Shown here: positions 21,860-30,562 of the stretch, piece by piece
How the letters are laid out: every line of letters begins with the position of its first letter
Numbering within the stretch: the stretch's first letter is position 1
Origin: an uncultured Clostridium sp.
Lineage (GTDB): Bacteria; Bacillota; Clostridia; TANB77; CAG-508
Length of the DNA: 64,000 nucleotides
Assembly (NCBI GenBank): GCA_947364715.1
Contig: CANAUI010000003.1
Coordinates: 13 to 64,012 of the forward strand
Reading direction: 5' to 3'
Program-made: the position numbers and the translations under genes
Notes under the pieces: model-generated
What the model was told of the DNA's origin: nothing
Seen by the model: only the letters and a program-made list of their open reading frames with translations
Database searches by the model: none

Positions 21860-22306
21860 TTATTCTATATTTAATAACATATTTTTAAATATTTTGGCTC
21901 TTAATTTGTCTTTTATATCTTTTGCTAATAGTAATACATTATCACTTGTTGCTACTTTTAAAAGCTTTGCTTCTTCTTTGGTTATTAAATCATATGTGAG
22001 AAAGTCACTAATTAATATATCCACATCCTTAGAGGTCATTTCTTCTCCAATATGTTTTATAATGTGCATAAAATAATCTGACTTTGTATTGTTCACTTTT
22101 TTAATTGTTATATGACCTCCTCCACCTCTTTTACTTTCTACATAATATCCTTGAGATGGCTTAAATCTTGTTGATATAACATAATTAATTTGTGATGGTA
22201 CACAATTAAATTGTTCTGCTAGTTCATTTCTCTGTATTTCTACTAATTGATTATCACCATCAAATAAATCTTTTATAAATTCTTCTATAATATCTGATAT
22301 TCTCAT
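21860..22306 (-). CDS. ctsR: class III stress-gene repressor CtsR
   Basis: 148 aa, first gene of the ctsR-mcsA-mcsB-clpC operon; CtsR-like N-terminal wHTH sequence. Confidence 0.9.
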   Translation of the reverse strand: MRISDIIEEFIKDLFDGDNQLVEIQRNELAEQFNCVPSQINYVISTRFKPSQGYYVESKRGGGGHITIKKVNNTKSDYFMHIIKHIGEEMTSKDVDILISDFLTYDLITKEEAKLLKVATSDNVLLLAKDIKDKLRAKIFKNMLLNIE

Positions 22307-22323
22307 TAGTTTTATCCCTTTCT

Positions 22324-22347
22324 TTTTGACTTTGACTTTCTTTGACC
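22324..22347 (-). promoter_or_regulatory. CtsR operator overlapping the ctsR promoter
   Basis: minus strand GGTCAAA-GAA-AGTCAAA-GTCAAAA heptad repeats just downstream of TATAAT (22354-22359) and TTGAAA (22376-22381). Confidence 0.8.
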
Positions 22348-22466
22348 TATATTATTATACTCCTTTTTTAGTTTTTTTCAACTTTATTTTATCTAATTTA
22401 TTCTTATTTTTTCTTCAATTTCTCTCATTTTTTTATGATATTTATACTTTTTGTGTTTTTTTCTAA

Positions 22467-22703
22467 TTATTCTTCCTTTTTCCTTTTATTTTTATTATTT
22501 TCCCCTTTAGTCATATTATTTAATTCTTCTGCCCTTTCTTTCTGATTTGGTAAAGAAATCCATGCAAAATATGATGAAATAAATTCTCCATATTTTGTAC
22601 TATCTTCTCCCACTTCATATTTTTCTTCTAATTGACTATTAACTCTTTTTTCAAAATCTTCACTATGTTTTTTATCAAATTTGTTTAAATTTTTATCTTC
22701 CAT
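22467..22703 (-). CDS. small hypothetical protein
   Basis: 78 aa from ATG 22703 with AAGGGAG upstream; charged, no family recognised. Confidence 0.5.
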   Translation of the reverse strand: MEDKNLNKFDKKHSEDFEKRVNSQLEEKYEVGEDSTKYGEFISSYFAWISLPNQKERAEELNNMTKGENNKNKRKKEE

Positions 22704-22855
22704 AAAAAAATACACTCCCTTTTTGTATAGAATTTTCTATAACATCATTATTAGGTATGTGCATTTTTTTCTTTTTTATTCAATTAAATTATATTTTTAT
22801 AATTATTAATAATATTAAAAGATTTTTAATTTTTATATTGATTACATATGCTAAA

Positions 22856-23341
22856 CTATATATTTTGAGCTAATAATCTTTTTTCTAGATAATTTTGGGC
22901 TGTTTCAATTTTGTATAGTCTTGCTTCATATGATTCATGTGCTATTTTATTGTTTAAAATTTCTTCGTCTAATTTGTTTTCTATCTTTTTAAATCTTTTA
23001 TCTAAATATTCAATTAAATTTTGAAATTCTATTGCAATTTCTTTACTTTGTTTACTAATTGCTTCTTCAATCTTCTTATCCATCATTTTTGTTAAACGTT
23101 CTTCTAAAGATGACATTTCTTGATGATATTTTTCTTCTTGTTTTAGTAACTTTTGGTCAAATCTCTTTTCCATTTCTATTAATTTTTGGTCAAATCTTTT
23201 TTCCATAGCATCTACTTTCTTTTCCAAAGCATCTACTCTCTTTTCTAAGGCATCTACTTTCTTTTCTAAATTATCTACTTTTGTTTTTACCTCTCTTATC
23301 TCTTGTAGAATAAGTTCTAACATTTCTTGCATATTCCTCAC
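22856..23341 (-). CDS. coiled-coil protein with heptad and 11-mer repeats
   Basis: EKKVDALEKRVDALEKKVDAMEKRFDQKLIEMEKRFDQKL; the repeats are also visible at nucleotide level. Confidence 0.6.
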   Translation of the reverse strand: MRNMQEMLELILQEIREVKTKVDNLEKKVDALEKRVDALEKKVDAMEKRFDQKLIEMEKRFDQKLLKQEEKYHQEMSSLEERLTKMMDKKIEEAISKQSKEIAIEFQNLIEYLDKRFKKIENKLDEEILNNKIAHESYEARLYKIETAQNYLEKRLLAQNI

Positions 23342-23490
23342 CTCCTCGAATAAAATTATTTTAAAATGAAATTTTTAAGATATAAAATTTAGAACAAAAA
23401 ATTCAAATTGAATAAAAATAACAAACTGATTATATTATCTTTTATATAAAAAGTCAACAATATTTTTCCATTTTTGTATTTTCATTTTTA

Positions 23491-23615
23491 GAACAAATTA
23501 GAAAGGCTTAATATTAGTATAATTTTAACTTTTCTCTTTGGCTTTCCTTTAATTTGTTTGCGTGCAAAGCAATTTTCTATGGAATTTGTTTTTATTTTAT
23601 AGAAAATTCATTTCT
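23491..23615. repeat. intergenic modular stem-loop repeat, diverged copy F
   Basis: GAACAAATTAGAAAGG / CCTTTAATTTGTT outer stem, then GCAATTTTCTATGGAAT and TTTTATTTTATAGAAAAT modules. Confidence 0.5.
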
Positions 23616-23698
23616 TTTGAAAATAAAATTTTATTTATTTTCATTTTATGTTGCAAAACTAAAAGATTTCATATTGTTTCCTATACAAGGAGGTTTTC

Positions 23699-24757
23699 AT
23701 GTTTTTAAAAAATAACTTTATTGTAGTAAAATTAAAAAGAAATTTTATTTCTCTTTTATTTTTATTATTCACTATTTCTATTTTAATATTTTCAAATTCC
23801 AATTTAACAGCAGTTAAATCAGGAATTAGTCTTTGGGCTACTTCTGTTGTTCCTTCTTTATTTCCGTTTTTTGTTGCAACAGAACTCCTAATGCATACCA
23901 ATATTGTCTACCATATTGGTAATATTTTAAATCGATTTATGAAGCCTTTATTTAATATAAGAGGTGAAGGTGCTTTTGCTTTTATTATGGGCATTATTAG
24001 TGGCTATCCCATAGGTGCTAAAATTGCTACCAATTTTAGAAATAATAATATTTGTACCAAAGAAGAAGCTGAAAGACTTTTAAGTTTTACTAATAATTCT
24101 GGTCCACTATTTATAATTGGTTCTGTTGGTATTCTATTATATCGAAATACCATGATTGGACTTTTATTATTTATTACTCACTTACTTTCCTCTTTAACTG
24201 TTGGAATTATCTTTCGCTTTTGGAAAAAAACAAAACCATCTAATTCATATTCTTCTACAATAAAATCACTTCCTAATAATAAAACACAAGTTTCTTTATC
24301 TAATTTAGGTGAAATTTTATCAGAAAGTATTGTAAGTAGTATAAAGTCTATTTTGATTATTGGTGGATTTGTAGTGATTTTTTCTTCTATCATCTCCATC
24401 TTAAAGTCAAGCGGTATTACACATATAATAGAGATAATAGCAACACCATTTTTTAATTTTATACATATTCCTTCTTCTTTTATTGAACCACTATTTACAG
24501 GATTTTTTGAAATTACAAATGGAATTAGTGTTATTTCTAATATTTCTTGTAAAAAACTTACTATCAACATATTAATTACTGCATTTCTACTTGGTTTTGG
24601 TGGTATCTCTATTTTGTTACAGGTACTTAGCATTACTTCCAAAAGTGATTTATCTATTAAACCATATATCTATGGAAAATTATTACATGGTATTATAGCA
24701 GTTATATATACTTTTATATTTATAAATTTATTTCCTTTTTTCAATTTTGATTTATAA
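23699..24757 (+). CDS. ylbJ: sporulation integral membrane protein YlbJ
   Basis: 352 aa polytopic; N-terminal SGISLWATSVVPSLFPFF signature of YlbJ / nucleoside-recognition-domain proteins. Confidence 0.8.
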   Translation: MFLKNNFIVVKLKRNFISLLFLLFTISILIFSNSNLTAVKSGISLWATSVVPSLFPFFVATELLMHTNIVYHIGNILNRFMKPLFNIRGEGAFAFIMGIISGYPIGAKIATNFRNNNICTKEEAERLLSFTNNSGPLFIIGSVGILLYRNTMIGLLLFITHLLSSLTVGIIFRFWKKTKPSNSYSSTIKSLPNNKTQVSLSNLGEILSESIVSSIKSILIIGGFVVIFSSIISILKSSGITHIIEIIATPFFNFIHIPSSFIEPLFTGFFEITNGISVISNISCKKLTINILITAFLLGFGGISILLQVLSITSKSDLSIKPYIYGKLLHGIIAVIYTFIFINLFPFFNFDL

Positions 24758-24852
24758 TAATATATTTTTAGTAATATTTTTCATTAATATTAATATATTT
24801 TATTAATAGTTATAATTCACAATACAAATTTTACAATTCTAATGGAGGTTTT

Positions 24853-25089
24853 ATGGAAAAAGATTTTAATTATTATCAACAGCCTTTTATGGATTTTAAC
24901 ATGGGAAATCCCAATCTTGATATGAATGAATTATATAAAGATCCTATGTTTAATCCTATAATGCAATATGAACAAGCTTTTAGTTATTATCGTTATTTAT
25001 GTATGCAAATGGATTACAAAATAAAATGTAAAGAATATGAAAAATTATGTACTTCTTGTAATTCTGAAAAAAGAGATAATAAGGCATGA
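24853..25089 (+). CDS. small hypothetical protein (Y/M/N-rich)
   Basis: 78-aa ORF with GGAGG upstream; its last codons overlap repeat copy B. Confidence 0.5.
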   Translation: MEKDFNYYQQPFMDFNMGNPNLDMNELYKDPMFNPIMQYEQAFSYYRYLCMQMDYKIKCKEYEKLCTSCNSEKRDNKA

Positions 25090-25214
25090 TTAAGATACTT
25101 TAATCTTTTAGATTATTTACATGCCCCGTCTTTGTTCGTCCACAGAAAATTGCTTTGCAATTTTCTGTGGAATGCTTTATATTATAGGAAGTTCAGAGAA
25201 CTTTCTATAATATA
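25081..25214. repeat. intergenic modular stem-loop repeat, copy B
   Basis: GGCATG..CATGCC outer stem; 14-bp hairpin CCACAGAAAATTGC/GCAATTTTCTGTGG (25140-25170) followed by AATG; 17-bp hairpin 25178-25214. Confidence 0.7.
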
Positions 25215-25256
25215 AAAAATAGCAATACAATCTTTATTGATTATATTGCTATTTTT
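25215..25256. terminator. bidirectional terminator between the small ORF and uppP
   Basis: AAAAATAGCAATA / TATTGCTATTTTT 13-bp stem. Confidence 0.65.
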
Positions 25257-25273
25257 ATATTTATACAAACTAA

Positions 25274-26125
25274 CTATACAAAAAAGAAATAAGCTAATAC
25301 AATAATTCCTAATATAATTCTATAATATCCAAATACTTTAAAATCATGTTTTTTAATATAATTCATTAAAAATTTAATAACAAACATAGATACCACAAAA
25401 GATGTTAACATTCCAATTAATAAAATAATAATCTCAGCAGTTGTAAAAACTAATCCAAATTTTACTAATTTTAGTAAACTCGCACCTAACATTGTTGGAA
25501 TTGCTAAGTAAAATGTAAATTCTGCTGAATTTGGTCTTGACAATCCAATTAATAATCCTCCAATAATTGTTGCTCCAGAACGCGAAGTTCCTGGAAAGAT
25601 AGCTGCTAATAATTGAAACATACCAATAACCCATGCATTTTTATAAGTAATTTCGACATTTTTGTCTTTCGTACTTTTTCTATCTTTATTCCAATTTTCA
25701 ATTACAATAAAAGCAATACCAAATACAATTAATGCAATAGCTATACAAATTGGATTATAGAACAAAGCTTCAAACACTTCATCAAATAATAATCCAACAA
25801 TGGCTGCTGGTATACAGGCAACCAAAATTTTACCCCATAAATTCATAATATTTTTATCAAAATAAGATAAAATTCCAGTTGATTTAATCGCTTTTTCTTT
25901 GTTTTTTGTAATTGGCCAAATTTTTTTAAAATATAATAATACTACAGCGAAAATTGCTCCTAATTGAATAACAACTTGAAACATTGACCAAAATTCTACT
26001 GAAACATTTTTAAGTTTTAAAAATTGTTCTACTAAAATCAAATGTCCTGTACTACTAATTGGTAACCATTCTGTAATTCCTTCTACAATTCCAAACATAA
26101 TTGATTTTACAATATCTAAAAACAT
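25274..26125 (-). CDS. uppP: undecaprenyl-diphosphate phosphatase
   Basis: 283 aa polytopic; PGTSRSGATI motif. Confidence 0.92.
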   Translation of the reverse strand: MFLDIVKSIMFGIVEGITEWLPISSTGHLILVEQFLKLKNVSVEFWSMFQVVIQLGAIFAVVLLYFKKIWPITKNKEKAIKSTGILSYFDKNIMNLWGKILVACIPAAIVGLLFDEVFEALFYNPICIAIALIVFGIAFIVIENWNKDRKSTKDKNVEITYKNAWVIGMFQLLAAIFPGTSRSGATIIGGLLIGLSRPNSAEFTFYLAIPTMLGASLLKLVKFGLVFTTAEIIILLIGMLTSFVVSMFVIKFLMNYIKKHDFKVFGYYRIILGIIVLAYFFFV

Positions 26126-26203
26126 ATTTTTCTCTCCTTTATTAATATAGAATGCATATTTTATTTATCTAATATATATTGTTTTATAATATCTTTCATA
26201 TAT

Positions 26204-27040
26204 TTAGCTGATGTTATTGGAGCTGATTTTCCGTGGTAGCCCTAATGCTTCTATAAAATTTAAATTTTCTTGTTCTACTATTTTTCTATCTATTCCATAA
26301 GGTTTTGAAGCTAAATCTATAATTAAAGTTTCTTTTTTTACTTCTTTTAGTTCTTCTTTAAATATCACTTTAGGAATTGTATTTATGATTATATCATATA
26401 GCTTAAATTTTGTACAATTTTTTTGTAAATTTTCTATTTGTATAGTTTCATATCCATATGCTATTGCCCATGCTTTTTCTACTTCATTTGTTGTCAAACA
26501 AGTTATTTTTGCAGATAAACCTTTTAACTTATCTGCCAACACTTTTCCTATCCTTCCAAATCCCATAATCAAACAATTACTATTTTGTAATATTTTTTTT
26601 GTATTTTTTAAAATTATTTCAATTGTAGCTTCTGCAGTTGGAATTACATTTAATATAGCAAATTCTTCTTTTTGCATAAAATCCACCACTTGATTATGTT
26701 TTTTATGTAATTCTTCCTTTAATTCCTGATTTATATTTCCAACAAATATAGTTTTATTTTCCAAATAATAAAATAACTCTCTAATTCTAATATTTTTATT
26801 GGAAAATGGCATATTTACAAATTGATTATCTTTAGAAAACGGAATTGGTAAGACAATATTATCAGAATTTTTAATCATTTCATCATATTTTTCATATTCT
26901 TTAAAATTTTCTAATTTATCAAACCCATATAATTTTACCTCATGTTTTTCTTTAGATAATATTTTGGCTAAGAAAAAACTTCTTAAATCTCCTCCTATAA
27001 TACAAAAATTGATACTCATAAAATCCTCCTTTATATACAT
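26204..27040 (-). CDS. dpaA: dipicolinate synthase subunit A (apparently frameshifted near the 3' end)
   Basis: Rossmann N-terminus IIGGDLR and SpoVFA-like sequence; the conserved C-terminus continues in another frame to 26161. Confidence 0.75.
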   Translation of the reverse strand: MYIKEDFMSINFCIIGGDLRSFFLAKILSKEKHEVKLYGFDKLENFKEYEKYDEMIKNSDNIVLPIPFSKDNQFVNMPFSNKNIRIRELFYYLENKTIFVGNINQELKEELHKKHNQVVDFMQKEEFAILNVIPTAEATIEIILKNTKKILQNSNCLIMGFGRIGKVLADKLKGLSAKITCLTTNEVEKAWAIAYGYETIQIENLQKNCTKFKLYDIIINTIPKVIFKEELKEVKKETLIIDLASKPYGIDRKIVEQENLNFIEALGLPRKISSNNIS

Positions 27041-27081
27041 TATAGTGTAGTTATAATATTTTATGAGTATTTTTTAACAAT

Positions 27082-27182
27082 GAACAAAATGGACATGATT
27101 ACAATTCTATGACCTTTTAGAATACTTACATGTCCTGTATTTATTCCTCTGTGAAAATTCTTTTAGAATTTTCTGTGGAATG
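27082..27182. repeat. intergenic modular stem-loop repeat, copy C
   Basis: GAACAAAATGGACATG..GACCTTTTAGAA..CATGTCCTGTATTTATTC outer stem, then GAAAATTCT/AGAATTTTC hairpin followed by TGTGGAATG. Confidence 0.65.
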
Positions 27183-27197
27183 TGTTTTTGGTTACTT

Positions 27198-28436
27198 TTA
27201 TTTTTGTTTTTCATTTGATTGTTTTTCTATATTTTCTAACTTCATGTTTATACTATTTTTTTCTTTAATATTTTTCTTTAATAAATTAATATCATTATAA
27301 CTTAAGTGTCTTGTTATATCTACCATTTCTTCTAAATGCTCTTTGGCTTTTATTTCTTTTTCCATTAATTTTGTTTCTTTTTCTTCTCCATTTTCTAAAT
27401 TAAATGGAATAGATATTCTTGCCATTATAGGTATAAATAATGGCTCTTTCTTTACTTTTTCTACTATTTTTTTAGAATCAATATCAATAGCTGTATTAAC
27501 ATAGTTAATAGCTATATCTTTATCTCCTTTCATTAAGCATATTTTTGCCAATTCATAATATGCATCTGCTGATAATTCATCTTCTTCAATACTTTCTAAG
27601 AATTTCTTTTCAGCTTCCTCTAAATCTTTATAAATCAATGCTATTTCAGCAAGAGAATATTTGGCATTATATAATAATGAATTAATTTCAGCTGATTTTT
27701 CATAACAAATTTTAGCATTTTGAAAATCATTTAACATTGTATAAACAATTCCAAGATTATAATGAATTTCGTAACTTACTGGATTATATTTTAAAGCCTC
27801 TTGATATACATTTACTGCATCCTTATACATTTCTTTAGAAATCAATATTTCTCCTAATAGTTCTGTTGCTTTATACATATCTGGTTTGTTATTTAATAAA
27901 TTAAATAACATTTGTGTTGCTTCATCTTTTTTGTCTAAGTTATTCAATAATTCTGCTACTTTATAATAAGATTCATAATCTTTTTTATTAATATCAATTG
28001 CTTGTACATATTCATCAATTGATTTTCTCATTCCACCTTCTCTTTCGTATACTTTTGCAAGCATCTTATGCCCTTTATAACTATTAGGTACTTTTGAAAC
28101 TAAATTTAATAAAGCCTCTTTTGCCTTTTTATCATTCCCAACAGCTAAATACAATCTTGCTTTTGATACATTTATAATTTCAATCAAAGTCATACCATTC
28201 ATTTCTATTATTATAACTAATCCTGGTATAACAATAGAAAATACATATTTTAATATATTTAAAAGTAAATTTAATTCTATAAAAAGTGCAAAACCTAAAA
28301 AGTTTAGTGCAATTCCAATTGCTTCTAATATTAAAATAATAATATAACTTGTATCATTGTTTTTTATCATTTTAAAAAACATATATACAAAAATTGCAAG
28401 TGAAAAAACTGTAAATATAAATTGTTCTATTATCAT
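27198..28436 (-). CDS. TPR-repeat protein with N-terminal membrane helices
   Basis: 412 aa; 3 N-terminal TM helices, then repeated A..Y..A/LG 34-mer TPR patterns. Confidence 0.75.
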   Translation of the reverse strand: MIIEQFIFTVFSLAIFVYMFFKMIKNNDTSYIIILILEAIGIALNFLGFALFIELNLLLNILKYVFSIVIPGLVIIIEMNGMTLIEIINVSKARLYLAVGNDKKAKEALLNLVSKVPNSYKGHKMLAKVYEREGGMRKSIDEYVQAIDINKKDYESYYKVAELLNNLDKKDEATQMLFNLLNNKPDMYKATELLGEILISKEMYKDAVNVYQEALKYNPVSYEIHYNLGIVYTMLNDFQNAKICYEKSAEINSLLYNAKYSLAEIALIYKDLEEAEKKFLESIEEDELSADAYYELAKICLMKGDKDIAINYVNTAIDIDSKKIVEKVKKEPLFIPIMARISIPFNLENGEEKETKLMEKEIKAKEHLEEMVDITRHLSYNDINLLKKNIKEKNSINMKLENIEKQSNEKQK

Positions 28437-28485
28437 TTACCTCTCGTATAATCAATTATATAGAAATATTAATCTATTTAATTGA

Positions 28486-28932
28486 TTAATTCCTTTCTTT
28501 TAAATTTTTAATTGCATTTCTCGCCATTTCATCACATCTGTTATTAAATTCATTATCACTATGTCCTTTTACTTTTATAAATTTTACCTTATGTATTTTT
28601 GTTAAAGAATATAACTCTTGCCAAATTTCTTGATTTTTTACTGGCTCTTTGCCTGAAGTTTTCCAATTATTTTTTATCCAATTATATATCCATCCTTGAT
28701 TAAATGCATTTACAACATAAGCACTATCACTATATATTTCTACTTCACAAGAAAATTTCAATAATTTAAGTCCTTCAATTACTGCTGTTAATTCCATAAT
28801 ATTATTTGTTGTATTTTTTTCTCCTCCTGATATTTCTTTTGTATTTTCTTTATACATTAAAATAGCTCCCCACCCTCCAGGGCCTGGGTTTCCTGAGCAT
28901 GCTCCATCTGTATATATAATAACCTTTTCCAT
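28486..28932 (-). CDS. rnhA: ribonuclease HI
   Basis: [14 protein letters not shown] and TNNIMEL motifs; ATG 28932 preceded by GGAGG. Confidence 0.9.
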   Translation of the reverse strand: MEKVIIYTDGACSGNPGPGGWGAILMYKENTKEISGGEKNTTNNIMELTAVIEGLKLLKFSCEVEIYSDSAYVVNAFNQGWIYNWIKNNWKTSGKEPVKNQEIWQELYSLTKIHKVKFIKVKGHSDNEFNNRCDEMARNAIKNLKERN

Positions 28933-29028
28933 AAAGCCTCCAATTAGATTGTATTTTTCCAATTTTTATGATAGTATTATATCAATAATTTACAAATTAT
29001 ACAATATTTTTTGGAAAGGAAGTTTAAA

Positions 29029-30261
29029 ATGAGTAAAGTTCTTGGAATTATAGCAGAATATAATCCATTTCATAATGGACATTTATATCATTTGCAAAAA
29101 TCATTACAAATAACTGAATCTACTTATTCTATTGCTATTATTAGTGGTAATTTTACACAAAGAGGCTCTACATCTTTAATAGATAAATGGTCAAAAGCAG
29201 AAATTGCTATCAAAAATGGTATTGATTTAGTAATCGAACTTCCTTTATTATATTCCATTTCTAGTGCTGAAAATTTTGCCGAAGGTGCAATTAAAATTTT
29301 GGATTCTTTAAAAATTGTTGATTATCTTTCTTTTGGCTCTGAATTTGGTGATATCTCTACATTAAATATGGTAGCTGATGTCTTATATAAAGAACCAAAA
29401 GCATATAAAAATATATTATCACACGAACTAAATAAAGGCTTGTCTTTTCCAAAGGCAAGAGAAAATGCTGTACTTATGTATTTAAATGATATTAGAAGAT
29501 TTTCAAATTTGCTTTCTTCTCCTAACAATATTTTAGGAATTGAGTATTTAAAGGCTATGAAAAAATTAAAAACTCCTATAACTCCTATTACAATAGCAAG
29601 ATATAACTCAAATTATAATGATACAAGCTATAATGGAAATGTTGCCAGTGCCACAGCAATACGAAATATTGTAAAAAATAATGGTTGGGATATTTTAAGA
29701 AAAGTAGTTCCTGAAAACACACTCTCTACACTATTAGAAAATATAAAAGTAGGACATATTGTTTCTGATTTATCAGTTTTTGAAAAGCAAATAATCTATA
29801 ATTTACGAAATATGTCTATTCAGGAAATTTCAGAACTGCCAGATGTAAGTGAAGGATTAGAAAATTCTATAAAAAATACTGCTAATTCTTGTAATAGTGT
29901 TATAGAATTTTTAAATATTATAAAATCAAAAAGATATACTAATACAAGACTTCAAAGAATTTTATTATATACTTTATTAGGAATTACAAAAAAAGATATT
30001 GCTTTATCCAAAAAACTTACTCCTTATATTAGAGTTTTAGGCTTTAATGATAATGGAAAAAATTTAATTTCAGAAATTTCTAAAGCAAATCCAAAATTGG
30101 AAATTATTACTTCTGTAAAAAAATATATGGATACCAGTAATAACAGAAATTCTAAATATATGTTAGAAAAAGATATTTGGGCTACAAATGTATATACTAT
30201 TGGATATGAATATGATTCTTGGAATAATTTGGATTATACTCATAAATTGATAACTCTCTAA
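29029..30261 (+). CDS. tmcAL: tRNA(Met) cytidine acetate ligase TmcAL (YlbM/UPF0348 nucleotidyltransferase)
   Basis: GIIAEYNPFHNGHLYH (HxGH) at the N-terminus; about 410 aa. Confidence 0.8.
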   Translation: MSKVLGIIAEYNPFHNGHLYHLQKSLQITESTYSIAIISGNFTQRGSTSLIDKWSKAEIAIKNGIDLVIELPLLYSISSAENFAEGAIKILDSLKIVDYLSFGSEFGDISTLNMVADVLYKEPKAYKNILSHELNKGLSFPKARENAVLMYLNDIRRFSNLLSSPNNILGIEYLKAMKKLKTPITPITIARYNSNYNDTSYNGNVASATAIRNIVKNNGWDILRKVVPENTLSTLLENIKVGHIVSDLSVFEKQIIYNLRNMSIQEISELPDVSEGLENSIKNTANSCNSVIEFLNIIKSKRYTNTRLQRILLYTLLGITKKDIALSKKLTPYIRVLGFNDNGKNLISEISKANPKLEIITSVKKYMDTSNNRNSKYMLEKDIWATNVYTIGYEYDSWNNLDYTHKLITL

Positions 30262-30560
30262 AAAGGAAATTTTGGATGTTCTCATTTTTCCTTTTTTGAA
30301 ATTAAGTAAAAAAATATAGAATATAAAAAATGAAACAATTTTGCATATCTAAATTTGAAGTTAGAAATTGTTAAAGAAAACATTGAGGGATGTTCATTTG
30401 GCTTATATATATAATTATAAGCAACAATGAAAGAGGCTCAATGTTTTGTTTTAAAATTTCTATGAAAATTTAGCTTATACAAAATTGTAGAATGACTTTA
30501 TATTCTATATTTTTGTATTCTTAAAAAGGAAAAATGAGAACATCTCAAATTTCCTTTTTC
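30260..30560. repeat. imperfect palindrome of about 300 bp
   Basis: outer arms 30260-30297 / 30523-30559, nested arms throughout, centre GCTTATA-N8-TATAAGC near 30401-30422. Confidence 0.7.
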
Positions 30561-30562
30561 TT

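Noticed and set aside
22856-23341. Nucleotide tandem repeats (21-nt and 33-nt units) as a non-coding repeat array
   Set aside because: They are in frame within a complete ORF and encode heptad or 11-mer coiled-coil repeats (EKKVDAL, EKRFDQKL). This is a protein-level repeat, not an array.
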